From the human T2T-CHM13v2.0 reference genome, Homo sapiens: DNA of 64,000 nucleotides. Under the pieces are notes generated by a model. The model was given only the letters and a program-made list of their open reading frames with translations. It was not told the DNA's origin and ran no database searches. The position numbers and the translations under genes are program-made. This document shows positions 16,446 to 35,650 of this stretch, in pieces (the stretch's first letter is position 1; each line of letters opens with the position of its first letter). The stretch is taken from the NCBI RefSeq assembly GCF_009914755.1, contig NC_060946.1; one strand, 5' to 3'.

Positions 16446-16919
16446 TAATCTGTTAAAAGTTGAGATCTCATGTTAAGTGTTCTTGCCACAACCAATTTTT
16501 TAAAAAGAAAGAAAAATAAAATATGCTATTCATAGTGCATAATCAACATAATCCCACTAGCAAGTACAGTATCATACTAAATGAACCATTTGATTTGCAA
16601 ATTTTCCAACGTCGTGAATCTCACAACTTTTGTGCCAGGTGAAACTGCTTGAGAGGACTTCCTTTACTAATAAAATCTCAGGCTGAATAAATTCATACAT
16701 AGACACATACAAGCAAGGTCTGCCTTTTCAGTTCCCCATCCACCAACCTGCAGGACCCTCCTTGGTGTCCTTCCTTCTAAGAAGGCAGGGGTAGGGGCAA
16801 GTAGATATCCGTAGAGTTTAATATTGGGGGGCCGTTAACAAATACAGTAATTTTTTTTTCCTTTTCACATTTTGTTTCATGGCATGTGAAATATATACAT
16901 GCTTTAAAATGTCACATGT

Positions 16920-17220
16920 GGCCGGGCGTGGTGGCTCACGCATATAATCCCAACACTTTAAGAGGCTGAGGTGGGCAGGTTGCTTGAGGGGGGTCAGGAG
17001 TTCGAGACTAGCCTGGCCAACATGGTGAAACCCCATCTCTACTAAAAATACAAAAATTAGCCAGGCATGGTGGTCCATGGCTTTAGTCCCAGCTACTCTG
17101 CTCAGGAGGCTGAGGCAGGAGAATCACTTGAACCCGGGAGGAGGAGGTTGCAGTGAGCCGAGATTGCACCACCTGGGCGACAGAAAGAGACTATGTCTCA
17201 ATTAAAAAAAAAAAAAAAAA
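16920..17220 (+). mobile_element. Alu (AluS-like)
   Basis: Dimeric Alu with poly-A. Confidence 0.9.
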
Positions 17221-18119
17221 CAGACAGAAAGAAAAAGGTCACATGCGATTATAGGATTCAAGCAACACACAGGCCTAGTAAGCAAGCTAATAACCTTTCT
17301 CAACCCCTGTCGTCCCACATCTTTGAAACATCAATGTTTCCAGTACTCTTTGGTATAGTTCCTTCCACATCATTCTCTTTGCTCATAAGGATACATATAA
17401 GAGACTTTGTTTTCCTCAAAAGAAGTTATTATGTGCTTTGCTTCCCCCATGCCCCCGCCCTTGATATATCTATATCTTTATGTGTATCTCTCTCAACATA
17501 GATTCAGGGAGAAAGAACATATCTCGAATGGACATCTCTCCAGGTCATTACACAGAGCTCTAAAGCTGAGTTATGGGCCAGAGTGTGCTGCATCTTATTT
17601 TATTCCACGGATCCCACAGAAATGCTCAACACCTTGGGTCAGGATTTTTATACAAGGTTGTTTATCACAGCACAGTTTGTTCCATCGAAAGCTAAAAAGA
17701 CTATGAAGGACAATCAGCAGGAGGGTGTGCTTTTTTGTCTCGAGAGGCTTTACTAGTGGCTCTAGAAGTCATCTTTTCTTATCAGTCTGGACCTGACCTT
17801 CAATACTCCAGGATCCCATCTGGAGGAAGATGGCTTCCACCTGGCCCTCCTCTCCAGTGACTATCTGAAGCCTCGCTCTGCTCTGCTTCCCCAGTTTCCC
17901 TCCCCATAGTCCTTCCTTCCTTTCTTTCAACTATTTTCTACTGGAGAATTTTCTGAGAGGTTATATAATCAAAAGGATTTCATCAAATGATGAAAGAGCA
18001 ACCATACACCATGGCCAAACAATTGCATGTCTCTCTAGAAAGACCCTGGTACATTTTGGCCTAGAACTCAACATTTTCCAAAAGAAGGGTCCCTTTTTCA
18101 CTTCAGGGACTCCATATGT

Positions 18120-18635
18120 CGGTTATAATGGAAATCCAGGCCCTCTTTTCATGGTAACAGTTCCTCAATTTTTCCTTTGAGGAAAGAGAGAGGGGCTCTG
18201 GGGCTACAGGCTTAAGTGGAACTGATCCTCCTTCCTGACACCATGAGGACCTAACCACAGCCTGGGCAATCAAAGATTCCACGGTAGCTCAGAGAAAGTC
18301 ACGTGGTCCAAACTGGCCAATGGGAAACCGACTGGCTCTTTTGGCAGGAGCTCCCAGGCCTCTAGGAGGTGTGCCTGGATCCATTGGCAGCCATTTTATT
18401 GCCGCGCAGGGCAATCATGACTGCAAATGAAAACAAGAGAAAGTAAAACAGAGCCTAGAAAGAGAAAAAGACAGATCCCTGGTGATGTTGTTGGAGTTTC
18501 TAGATTCAGCTGGACTGAAAGTGAGACCCACCCACCTCTCACCTTTGTAATCATATGAACCAAACATTCTCTTTGGGATGAAGCCAGTTTGAGTTGGGTT
18601 TCTGTCCCTTGAAATTAAAAGAGGTCTTGGTAATA
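18120..18635. mobile_element. Old MLT1 (J/K-like) LTR
   Basis: Ends '...aagccagtttgagttgggtttctgtccctt...aaaagaggtctt'; similar ends at about 63850-63905. Confidence 0.55.
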
Positions 18636-18678
18636 GAACACTATTTGTATTTCAAGTAATTAAGAAAATACATCCTAT

Positions 18679-18990
18679 CGGCCAGGCGTTGTGGCCCCTA
18701 CCTGTAATCCCAGCACTTTGGAAAGCTAAGGCAGGAGGATCCCTTGAGTTTGGGAGTTTGAGACCAGCCTGGGCAACATAGGGAGACCCCATCTGTATAC
18801 ATAATTTAAAAATTAGCCAAGTGTGGTGGTGTGCACCTGTGGTCTCAGCTGCTTGGGAGGCTGAGGCAGGAGGATCTCCCTAGCCCAGGAGGTCAAGCCT
18901 GCAGTGGGCCATGATCATGCCACTGCACTCCAGCCTGGGCCACAGAGCAAGATCTTGTCTCAAAAAAAAAAAAAAAAAGAAAGAAAGAAA
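18679..18990 (+). mobile_element. Alu (AluJ-like)
   Basis: TSD-like 'aagaaaatacatcct' on both sides. Confidence 0.9.
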
Positions 18991-19966
18991 ATACATCCTG
19001 TGTCCCCACCCCACCCCAACTTCACACATACAGAGAGCTATTAAGAATTCAGTCATACTTGCAAAACACCTATACTTCATCTGCAAAGTTATCATATTGA
19101 TGTAATGTACAAACAGTTTTCCTACTTCTAAAAATAAGTCTGAGATCCGTAAGGATTCAAGACCCACAGGTAAGAATCAAATACTCTATGTTGGTGGCTC
19201 ATAAGGCATCTTGAACTGCCAGAGAGATATGCCTGGAAGCGGACCTCAGCTAAAGAGGGATGGGGTTGAGGGGTAAATACCCAGCTCCCCCTTTCCTTGG
19301 GAGGGACACCTTTGAGGCATGTTCTGCGCCGTCCCCAGAGTTCCCAGGGAGATCGGGGCCTCGGTTGTCCACAGCGCTCAGTAACATGCCTTTTATTGGC
19401 TTTCTTCCTTTCCAAGCCTCACTTCTCTGTTCCTTTTCTGGTGCATTCTGGTATCACCTCCAAATGAACCACTTCTAGAGGAATCCATGACTCAGGGTCG
19501 GCTTCCAGAGAACCAAACCAGGAAAGCTCTATCCTAACTCAGGAGACTCCCAACAAACCAGAGTCCACCCACATCCTCAGACTAAAAATCCCTGTTCTAA
19601 AGGACTCCACACACCAAGCAAGCGGTGCTCACTGCAAAGCCACCTGATATGGTGAGTTAGTGCCTTGTTAAAAAAAGAAACAAATTCCCAAGACCCTGTA
19701 GCTCCTTATACCTGATATTCTAATTGTCATCAGTTTGTGAATTTTTGAACTCTTCTAATCCTCGTGTTCCTAGGACACAGGCATGTTGTGCTTTTAGGGG
19801 CATGATTTACTGTTCCTTGCCAATTCTGCCCATCCCTCCACTGTGTTAAAAACCCTATGTTTATGTGGAACAGCCTTCTTACTGTTTTAATTCAGCTCCC
19901 CGTGATCTCCCTGCCCACAAGAAGAATTCCTGAAGCAGATGCTCCTTCCCTACCCGCTGAGCCTCA

Positions 19967-20395
<429 letters not shown>

Positions 20396-20867
20396 TAATA
20401 GTGATTGGCCTAATGGCACAGTGAGAGATCTAGGCAGGCAGACCTGGCTCTATCACTTAATACCCCTGGGACTTTGGCCAGAGGTGTCAGTTTCCCAATC
20501 TGTAAAATGGATCTATAATAATAATAACTACTCTATATAGTTACTAGTGAGAACAAAGTGAGATAATACAGGTAAAATGTTTAGCACGGTGCCTGGCACA
20601 TGGAAAATGCTTGAGAAATGGAGGCCTTTGTTGCCACTCAAGTCTAGCAGTCTTCAATATTTGTCGAATGAGTGAATGAAGTCAAGAGAAGGCCAAGCTG
20701 TGGGCAGTGCCTTTGGCTAAATCCCAGAGGACCTGAGGTCCTGCCTGTCTTAGCCACTCTCTCCTGATTCTCTGTCTCTTTGTCTTTCTGTCTCTGTCTC
20801 TTCTAGTTCCATCCCTGCCTCTCTCTGTGTGTTTTTCTTCTCCTATTCTCTTTTTTTATGGTCTGTT

Positions 20868-20917
<50 letters not shown>
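20868..20917. repeat. (CT)n(GT)n compound microsatellite
   Basis: Seen directly in the sequence. Confidence 0.95.
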
Positions 20918-20920
<3 letters not shown>

Positions 20921-23184
20921 CTATGTGGCTCTGTTTTTTTCTCTCTGTCTCTTTTTCTCACTTTCTGTTTCTCTCCTGGTCTCTGTCTGTATCCCACCCC
21001 CGCCACATCACCCCCACACCAGCCTCCTCTTGCAGGGACCAAGTTGTCAGGCTGCTCACGTCGTGGGCTGCCTTGAAACCTGCCACGCACATTCTCATAG
21101 TTAGATTTCTCCTGCGTCCACCTCTACTTAAAAAAAAAAATATTTTGACATTTGAGATTCAAATAAAAAGACCATAGAATGGCCTCAGGGAATAGCAGTG
21201 CCTGGAAAAAACAAACCTCATTCCTAAACTTTGTGATTATTTTTTATTTTCTTTCTGTCTCTGCTGCCTGAAGCAGAATAAACTTTGTGTTTTTGAAAGA
21301 CACATAGCACGAGGGTATGGGAACCCCTGCAAGCCCTCAGTGGGAGTTGCCCCACAACCAATCCTCCAAGTGAAGTGCTCCCCACTACCCCAGTGCTCAC
21401 CATGAACACCAAAGTGAGTTGAGCTGATAACAATTTTGTTTTCTGGAATCTGTCAACATGCGCAGCAGTTGCTTCCTAATCCTGCTGAGCCATTAGCCAC
21501 AAGTTCCTCTTTTGTTACAATTTAGCTGCGAGCTTCAGAGAGTGACAAGAGTCAGGAGAAGGGAGAGCAGGGTAAGGCTGTGAAAAGATCCTGAAGAGGT
21601 GTTAAGAGCTCAGCAGTTGAGCCAGACATCCCTGGGTTCAAGCCTGGCCAGAACACTTAAGGGCTGGCTAACCTTGGGCAGACTGACATCTAACAAGTGT
21701 TCGGTAATTGCAATGTGTTTGGCATTGTGATAAGCTCCATAAAGATGATCTCATTTCATCTTCCCTGCAATCCTGTAAATGACAAACTGGCTGCAGCTCA
21801 GAGAGGCTGGCTAACTCATCCAATGTTACGCAGCTTTGAATGTCTACTCTTTGAACAGTCCAATTCCTCGGCCCAATACCTGGAGACTTTGAGTGGGGGG
21901 AGTGCTGGTTCCTGGTACTCCCCACCTCACCTCTGAGTGCCCTAACCACCATGGTCACTCCCAGTGGAATTTTCACCCATCATACAGCTGCCTCTGGAAG
22001 CTGTGTAACTGCCTTTAGTGCTGGCCCCTCACTGGAGTGGAGTCCATGCAGTCCTACAAATTCAAAGAACCAGAACACCCTGGTTGTCAAGGCAGATGGG
22101 TAAGTGAGTGCAGGGCATTTTCAGCAAGCCTTTGGGGGTGGGGTCTGGGGGTCTGTTTCTTGAGCATCCAGAGCTCCAGCCAGTAGCTTCCTAGTGCATG
22201 ACTGTGGGCCACTGAAGAAGGGGCAGGAAGGTGTGGAGGGTTAACCAGGAAGCTGGGCATGGGCCTGTAGCCTGTAGTCCCAGCTACTTGGGAAGCTGAA
22301 GTGGGAGAATCACTTGAGGCTAGGAATGTGAGGGTGAGTGTTCCATGATTAAGTCTGTGAATAGCCACTGCACTCTAGCCTAGGCAACACAGAGACCTCA
22401 TCTCTTAAAAAAAAAAAAGGGGGGGTGGGGGTAAACACTACTCAACTCTTCAGGTAGACTCTCCTCCAGGGAGGGTGAGATGACCTACAGTCCAGCAATC
22501 TAAGACAGTTTCTTTCCTTTCACATATGAACATTTCTGAAATTAGGGTATATCTTACAATTGATGCTATTTTATAACTACTTGGCAGCACCGTCCTCAGC
22601 ATATGTAAAAGAACAGTGAGTCCTACAAAGATTTACCTTCTATTCAATGATCTATGGTAGCTCAGAGGCTGGCTCTTATTGGCCCAACTTGGGTCACGTG
22701 CCTCTCCCTGGCCAATCATGGCGTCTCTAGTTGTAATGCCTCAGTCACATGCACCTCTGGGGTTGGAAGTTGAGGTCAGCCTCATCTGAGCAGCTGGATC
22801 AACAAAGGATGAGTGGTTTCTGGGACGAAAATCAAAATGTCATTACCAGGAGAGAGAGCTGTGGATTCTAGGGAGGTAGAAGCAACCACTGCATCCTCTA
22901 CCCAGAATCATCATGAGATTCCATGAGAATATCTGTGTGAGACAATTGGCCCATAGAAAACGCTCAGTACTCTCGCCTGCTAATATTATTAAAGATGCCA
23001 AGTTGAAATGTTTTACCTGAACCTACTCAAGCCTCTACACAAAACTTCTAGTTTGCAGGAAATGCCCAATTAGAAGTGGAGGGTATACACAGGAGGTGTT
23101 CTGTGTCCTTTTTTTTTTTTTTTAAACTTCTCAATGTGTTTGGAATTTTTCAAAATAAAAACAAATTAGTAAGACAGATGCCTA

Positions 23185-23489
23185 GGCTGGGTGTGATGGC
23201 TCACAACTATAATCCCAACACTTTGAGAGGCCAAGACAGGAAGATTACTTGAGCCCAGGAGTTTGAGACAAGCCGGGCAACATAGTGAGACCTTGTCTCT
23301 ACCAAAAAAAAAAAAAATTAATTAAATTAGCAAGGTGTGGTGGTGCATGCCTGTAATCCCAGTTACTTAGGAGGCTGAGGTGGAAGGATCACTTGAGCCC
23401 AGGAGTTTGGGGCTGCAATGAGCTATGGTCATGTGCACTCCAGCCTAGGCGACAGAGCAAGACCTTGTCTATAAAAATAAAGAAAAAAG

Positions 23490-23490
<1 letters not shown>
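23185..23490 (+). mobile_element. Alu (AluJ-like)
   Basis: Dimeric Alu. Confidence 0.88.
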
Positions 23491-24540
<1,050 letters not shown>

Positions 24541-25089
24541 TGGGAAAATGAAATAAAAATAAATACCTAAGAAGCCCTCCCAGGAAATATTTCTAGGAAA
24601 GTAGGGAAATAAGACAGGGAAGAGGCGACGGTTAGTAAAAAAGTACATTGAGCAAGTTAGTCCTGTGGGCGACTGGAGCTCCATCCCTCTGGGGACCCCA
24701 GGGGACCAGTGGAGAATACACACTTTGGTCTTCCTATTCCAAATGGTGAAGGAGTAGAGATATTTGTCTTCCAGCTCTCAGCAGTCATTGTATGAGGGCT
24801 GCTGTCAGAGGATGTTAATCCCTGATACTTTCAGGCCTGCCCCCTGTGTCAACAAACGGAGGTCTCCAGAGAAGGCCCTCAAGGCAAGGGACACAGGTGC
24901 ACATAAGTGGTCAAGAACAAGGGCATATGTGGCATCTCCTGCAAGTTCTAAGATGAGAGTGTATGCTGAGACAAACAAGAGTGCCTCTTCTGCGGTCAAA
25001 TGGCTTATAAAAGCCAGAGGAAATATATAAAACAGTTTCTCCTTTTGCGTTTGTGAGAGCAGTGAAGTGTTTTTGCTGAATCTTATTGA

Positions 25090-25941
<852 letters not shown>

Positions 25942-28900
25942 TAAAAACGTATCATTACCAGCTGATTAGGAAGCTGGAGTGGAAGGTCAGTACTGCTCTC
26001 CTGTTGATAGTGCTCCATGCCTGGCTTACAAGTAATTGGATTTTTGCAGGTGGGTCCCGCCTCTACGGATCAATCAGGAATGTGTCCCCAAATCCAGAAG
26101 AATCCCAGGGTTTGTGAAAAATGCATGCTCCTCTCTCCCCCACACATGCATATGTGAAAACCATGAATTCTTAAAGCAAATGCCCCAACCTGAAATTTAC
26201 TAGTAAGAAAAGCTAGGGTTCCTGGGAATGAATCCCACAAGCGAGGAAATACCAGCCAATGGAAAAGTAGCCTCCCCTTGCCAGAGCCATCTCCCTAGCA
26301 CTGTGATCACAAGATTCACACAGGCGTCAGTCACCGCATCTGCCCCACTGGTGGCTTAAAAGTGGGAGTGCTGAAGATGAATTGGAACAATGACTTGGTG
26401 ATGTAAAGAGGAACCAGTGTATAGGCTTGAAATGCTGGGGGGAAAAATGACTTCATCTTTATCATTCTGCTTCTCTTCCTTTGGAAGGTCAAATTGGGTG
26501 TGCCGTAGAAAGCCCCAGAACTGTGGGTATTTTGCCATTGACTTTAACTGATAGACTGACATGCACTCCCCATGGTAGCTCATATGTGCTCCACCTGTCA
26601 CTGCCTCTTCAAAACATTGTTGGTTTCCATGGAGACAAAAAAGCACTTGCTGGAAGAGCTGCTGGAAATTTCAAGTCAAGATGTCCAGAACTACCCTGCC
26701 ATATATTTTCTAAGACCTGATGTGAAAGAGAAACAATAGCACAACTTTGCAAAGAGGACAAAGGAAAACAAACCATCATAAGAATGGCTTGACACTGTTT
26801 CTAGATCCCAACATCCTGTCTGGATTTTTCTGTCCTTTTAAAAACAAGCTCTGGGCAGCTATCGGGTGAAGCAGACCTGCTGATCTGCAGGCTCCTGACT
26901 TCAGACATGATTTTATTATGGGCAAGAAACCAGTCTGCTCTTCTCAGAGTTTAAATCTTGACAGGTCAGTGCAATAACATGACTGTGAATACGCTTACAA
27001 AATGAACCCAGCATCTCTTGCATGCCAATCTACCTCCCACTCTCAGGGCTAAAAAAGAGCTCCTCGACTTGTGTGATTATACAGTATATCTATTTTTTAA
27101 ATCTATTCTGTAAGGCAGTAATGCGAAATGAAAGATAATAGCATCTTCTAACAGCTGTCAGATTAACATACCATAAGACGAAATTTTAAAAGAGAGCTTC
27201 TAAAGAGAACACTCAATTTATTTTTAAAAAATAGATTCAAAAAAAATAGAGAAACTAAAATTTTTGTTTCTCTGTTATGATATAAAAACTTAGCTATTCT
27301 GACAAAGGTCCCATTCTTGGCCTTTACTTTTCTGGTAAACTTCATTTGAGCCATTAGAAAACTATGACCTTAACCTTTTGGTTTTTATCCATGATTCCAG
27401 TAGTTAATGGAAAACTTCTGACTTCTCCATTTGAGTTGCTGGAATCACTATCCTTCTTCCAGTTACCCAAGGTAGAAAGCTGGGACTCAACCTGGATTCC
27501 TTCTTCTCCCTTAACCCCCACATCCATCAATCACCAAATTTTGTTCATCTCCTAAATGTTTCTCAAGTTCTCTTGCTCTTTTTCATTGCCACGATCATTG
27601 TCCCAGTTGATATGCTTGCTAAGACTATTGCAGTAGCATCCTAGCTAATCTCTCTGCTCCTGATCTTGCCCTCCTCAGATCCACCCTCCATGTAGTAGCC
27701 CTGTTTTCCAAAAATTGAGGCTAGATATTATAGTATGAAAGCTGGATATCATAAAAACACATAAGTATAGCTGAGGAGTTCCAGGGGTGGACTGTATCAG
27801 TCACAATTGATGCTCCCCCTCTTGGAAAGCCCAGACACCATTATCACAGCCAAAGCCTCCACTGCCCCAGTGCTGACCTTCTTGCCTTCTCTGAGATAAG
27901 GCCGGGGTCAGACACAATCTTCACTGCATTCACCATGGCGGGAGCCATAGCAGCTGGACACCCAAGTTCCTGACCACACCAGCCTCATGGAGACTTGACT
28001 CTGCTCATGATGTCTAGATTCAGACGAAGCACCACGCAACAGAGCCTGGAGTCTGGCCTTCCCAGCAGCTTCCCAGAAATGCTAGTTTAAGTGTGGAGAC
28101 TGAATGCTCCGTGAAATAAACTTTAATTAATGAGAGTCAAGAGTCAAGAGGAAACAAGGGAAAAATTCATCTCTCTTCCTCTCTTTGATGAACTGTTCTG
28201 AGGCACAGTGTTTCTCTACAGCCTGCTCGGAGATGTCCCGCATGACTGAGCAACTGGCTGTGCCTCTTCTTGGAGCTGTGGCTTGCTCAGTATCCCATCC
28301 CTTTATGTTTGTTCCATCTCCATCTTTGGCTCATGCCTTGCCCTGCAATCTTCACCTAACTTTTGCTCACCCCTTAAGACTTGGCCCAAGTATCAACTTA
28401 CCTATTCTCTTACCATTTCCATCCCACAAAAAGGTCTAAGTCAGGTGCCCCTTCTCAGTACTCCACAGAAATCTGAATCCTTGGAACTATCAGCTTTATT
28501 GAATTATCTGCTCTTCCGTCCCTCTTCCCTATCAGTCTGTGAACTCCTCCGAGAGCAGGGACCACGCTTTATTTATTTGCTTCCCTAGTACCTAGCACTG
28601 TGCCTAAAACTCAGTAAAGATTGGCTAAACCAAAGGGCTGATTTATAGGCACTTCATGAGGCTTCAAATGGTGAAAAAAGATTTTTACAGATGCACAACA
28701 CCAAAGGAAGGCATTCCTGGACATAGACACAGCCTGAGCAAATACCTAAAGGAGGAAAATGTCCGTGTATAGGGGATATGCTTAGCCAGATAGGGGCTTT
28801 CTTGTGCAAGGTCTTGACAACCAGGCTGATGAGCTAGTATATCTTTTCCATTGGTTAACTGAGAGCCATTGAAACCAAGTTGTTCATTTAGGAGGCTTAA

Positions 28901-29354
28901 ACCATGAATGATATGTAGGATGAATGGGGAAGAGGGTACAGATTGGGGAATTGTGCAGATTGGAATTACCATGATAGCAAAGAGAATGGGAAAGAGATGC
29001 TTGTGAGAAAGACAAGGGAGGTAGACTGTACGGGATGTGGCAAGCATTTATAAGTGAAAAGGATCAAAGTTGGCTTCTAATATTCAAAACAAGGGCTCTG
29101 GGAGAATGGCAGCGTTGGTAACTGAAAAGGAAAAGATGGAAGGATTTCAGATTTAGGGCTGGAAGTAAGGACTGAAGAATCGTCAGAAGCATTTTAATAA
29201 AAGATGAGACTGTTTACTGCCACATACATGCACAGATACACATTATCACTATCACCACCACCACCACCAGCAATAGGTGCCAATCAAGTGAGTCCCAGCC
29301 TTCATTCTCCCACCACTGCTTTTATCATCAGTGAGAGGCACAGGAGTAAAATAA

Positions 29355-30215
<861 letters not shown>

Positions 30216-30834
30216 GGTAAATTCCTCTTTCCTTACATCAAGTCATTGGTGTTATGGAAAGGGAGAAACTTGGAAGCTGTTATTATTAGTATTGCACTTG
30301 TCCTCATTTTCATGTTTCAAGCCCCTACTCAGGGCCCTGCTGTGGCTGTTAATTGGTCCAGGAGTTAAGAGCATTAAGCGAGCATCCTCTTGAACAGCTG
30401 GCACTAAAAGAAGACAGAAAATAGAAGTTGCAATCTTCATTCTTTGAGGTTACTTTCTAAAATGAGCAATCCAAACACAAAGGATCATTTAGAAATAAGA
30501 GACTAGAGACTATTAGATAATGGACACTAACGGGCTAAAAGTAAAAATAAATAAATACATATCTTTATAATGTGAAAGCAAGTGGGGCATTTAGGAAGGA
30601 GTGTTTTGGGAGACCTGGAGCATCATTTTTGAATGGAGCGGTTTGGAGAAATCTGTCTCTTCCTTTTCATAAAGTTATTCTGGGTGGCCTTCACCAAGGC
30701 GATCTATAAAGCTGTGAAGAGCTATTAGATCAAGTGCCTGGATGTTGCAAAGTGATTCGGAGATAAGTAGAGAGGAAAAGTCTACTCCGGAAGGGAGATA
30801 TATTGTTGGGGGAAATCCATCCATTTCTATGAGG

Positions 30835-30998
30835 CAAATATTTCTCAATGTGGTTCTCAAAACATCTGCATTCGAACTACTAGAGCAGCTGATAAATACA
30901 GGCCTCCATGTTCCTGATTCAGATTCTGATTGAGTAGGTCAGGAGTTTCAACCCAACCACAGGTGAGTCTCAGGCAACTGAGGTTTGAGAAGCACTGC
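30835..30998. mobile_element. MER5A-like hAT MITE
   Basis: 'tttctcaatgtggt...gattctgattgagtaggtc...gtttgagaagcactg'. Confidence 0.65.
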
Positions 30999-31084
30999 AA
31001 GTCTTTCTCCCAGGCACTCTCATTCCCACCCACCTCTATAATAGCTCTCATGTCTACAATCACTTATTTAAATACACTTACTGA

Positions 31085-31920
<836 letters not shown>

Positions 31921-33859
31921 TTAAGCAGGAACCCAATCTTCTAAGTTCCCTGAGACCACCAATGGTTTGCCCATTCAGCCAATCCTCCAAATGTATTCAT
32001 TCACCAATATTAATTGAGGGCCTCTTGTGTGCCAGGCAAACCTGTCCAATATCCCCGCATGGCCCCATTAGGGAGGCTTACATTTCATTCCCTAGGATTC
32101 TCAGCAGTCCCACAGCTTTTCACAGCCCCTCTCAAGTCCCCTGAGTCCCTGGCACACCCTTCCATTCCATGACCCCTGACCACCCACCTTCTGCATTTCT
32201 AGTTCATTGCTCTGAATCTACCACTTCTCAAATCAACATCGTGCATCAAACATCACACTCTTCATATGACACAACCTAGCGGAAGGTTTGATGAGGGCAC
32301 TGTGTTGCCCGGGTCAAGGGAGCTACAAGGGGTAATGAAAGCTGTGAGTAACAATACAGTTGTTCATGTTCATGCTAACTCTTCTTGTGGTCAAGCAAGA
32401 TCCTGGAGTCAGTAGCTTGAATAAAAATGGTTAAAATGTGTGTGCTTTGGTGGATAAGGAGGCTGAGGACAGGAGAAAACTAAAAGTTGTTGGGTACTCC
32501 TAAGTCAGACTGTGTGTAAGTGGTTTGCTTATATTATCTTATTTGATTGCTATGACAATACTCTGAGGTTGGTAATAAGCCCATTGTTACAGATGGACAA
32601 CTGAGGCTCTGAGAGCTTCAGTAACCCGTGTCTAAGGCTGCATAGCCAATGATGGGTAAAACGGGGATTCAAACCTACATTTGAGCCTAAAGCTCCTTGT
32701 TTTCTTCCACCAGGTGAAGTAAGAGTTTGTAAAGGCAAAAATTCTGAACAGTGCCTCCTAGGTTAACAGAAATCATGATGACTTTGCCAGCAAAAGACTC
32801 GGAGGAACATTGAGTACACAGCCTCTCAGTTCTAGGTAGGTCATATGTGTCAGCCAGTAGGTTGAGTTTATAACAGTCACGTCGTGACCTGAACACCCTC
32901 CCACTCCACTGCTGAATCAACTAGATAGAATCTGGCAGGGATGATATATAACTACCTTAGACAGGTGTAAGGGAGGGGAAAATACAGACAAAAAGACAAC
33001 AAAAAGGAAGCTTGCAAGAAAAACGAAAAAAACTGAACTAACCCCTAATGCATCTGATTGAGGCTTCTGCAAAACTACCAGATGCATTCAGATCAAACTA
33101 ACTATTAAGAAATGCAAAGAATTGGATGCTGTCTTAGGTTGAAACAAATCAAAACAAAAAAGAAATGCAAAGAAAACTTAGCTCCTTGGAGCTGTCCTAA
33201 ATTCATTTACCATGCTTGAGCTTGTAACATTGATCCAGGTGACTCCCAGTTACGGTGTTCACTTTGTTCCCTCTAGGTATGTGCCAGGTGATGAGGAGAC
33301 ATACTGTCTGGGCTCTTCAGACAGGCTTCTTTCTCCCTGGAACTCAGAAAATTCCAACTACCTGCAGTTTGCAAAGGCAGCCGGCCAGGGAAGGATGCTG
33401 GCTCCAGGTCCTGGGGCCCCTCCCTGGAGGGAACAAATGCCTCTCGGATTGCAGCTGCAGAAAGAGAGAGGAGAATCGGGGAATGGAATGGTGTGCTGCA
33501 GAGGCAGTGGTTTGGACAGCGACTGGGTGACTCATGCCCCAGGCAGCTTTTTACAGGAGTTGCAAATTCCAGTAATAGCAGATCAGGAACATCTCTCGAG
33601 GGACACCCTACCAATCGAAGGTGTCTCTTGCACCATCTTGGCAGCGCTGAATGGGCATCTGAATAGCTTATCTATTCAGATCCTTTGCCGGATCCCAAAG
33701 GTTCTCCTTGCTTTGGCCCCTGGGCTTCCTGAAACCGGGCGGTTATTCTCCCCGGAAGTTGGAGGAATTGGATAATATTGTCTACAGACACCACACCTGA
33801 ATCTTATCCCTACTACTACAAATAGGGATGCTATTTTCTTGTCCTGTGTCCTGGATGGT

Positions 33860-34715
<856 letters not shown>

Positions 34716-35149
34716 CTAATAGTTTAGGTAGATGCAAACCTCACCCGCCTCTCCTGTCTCCTGCTATTGCTATTACCGTAGCTACATGAAGTAACAAGAT
34801 CCAAGCCTTGTTAAGGAGAGGAGAGCAGAAACTATGTCATGCCACTTAGAATGAAACGCAAGTTCCTTACCATGGCTTAAAAGGTCTGAGCTGGCTCTCC
34901 AAATTCCTCTCCCTCCACACTCCCTCTCGTCTGTCCCAGCTACAGCAGGCCTTTTGCCATGCTTGAAGCCAAGCTTATTCACACATATAAGCCTTTGTAC
35001 TTGCAGTTTCTTCCTTCCCTCTACTTGCTACTGGGTCCTGGGTGAGGGATTACCTTAGGTTGTCAAGTTTAATCCTTCCTCCTGCAAACTCCCTGAGGCA
35101 GACTCTTTTTTTGTTGTTTTGTTGTTTTGGTTTTTGGCATCATTGTGTT

Positions 35150-35650
35150 CCAGGAGCCGCAAACTCAAGTGTCTTTGGAACATGACAGGTAACAGAAACA
35201 AGAGAAGGGGCCAAGACTAATAAAAATCATTCAGCCCTCTTGGTCTGGCTTTTGTTTTTCCCCTTTTGACAGAGACGTGGGAGCAGAGAAATATTTCCTT
35301 ACTATAAACACTCACACACACACACACACACACACACACATTCATACACGTACTCATACATAGTGCAAAGAGGATGAGAATGGCAAGTGACAATTGTCAC
35401 TGGAGCTGGAGAGCAAGAGGGATTGGGTGAGCACTGCAGCAAACCACACACCAGCCAATTTGCTGTTTTGCAGAAATCTGACCCAGGGTGACCAGATATT
35501 GCTGTTTTCCAAGAGAAACTGAAAATCTAGATTTTTATATGGTGTCTCCTAATTTTTAAATGTTGGCAATTTTTAAAACCCTGTGCAGGCCACATTAAGC
35601 ATATCTTTGTGCTGGATTTAACGCAGAGGCTGCTGGTATACAATCACTGC
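35150..35650 (-). mobile_element. MER102-like hAT element with an internal (CA)n
   Basis: 'ccagatattgctgttttccaagagaaactgaaaatctagatttttatatgg..ctcctaatttttaaatgttggcaa'. Confidence 0.6.

Noticed and set aside
26341-26356. CTCF-like GCCACCAGTGGGGCA
   Set aside because: Mismatches at key core positions
33212-33775. 187-aa ORF in apparently unique sequence
   Set aside because: No recognisable homology, domain or gene structure; a BLAST or PhyloCSF check would be needed
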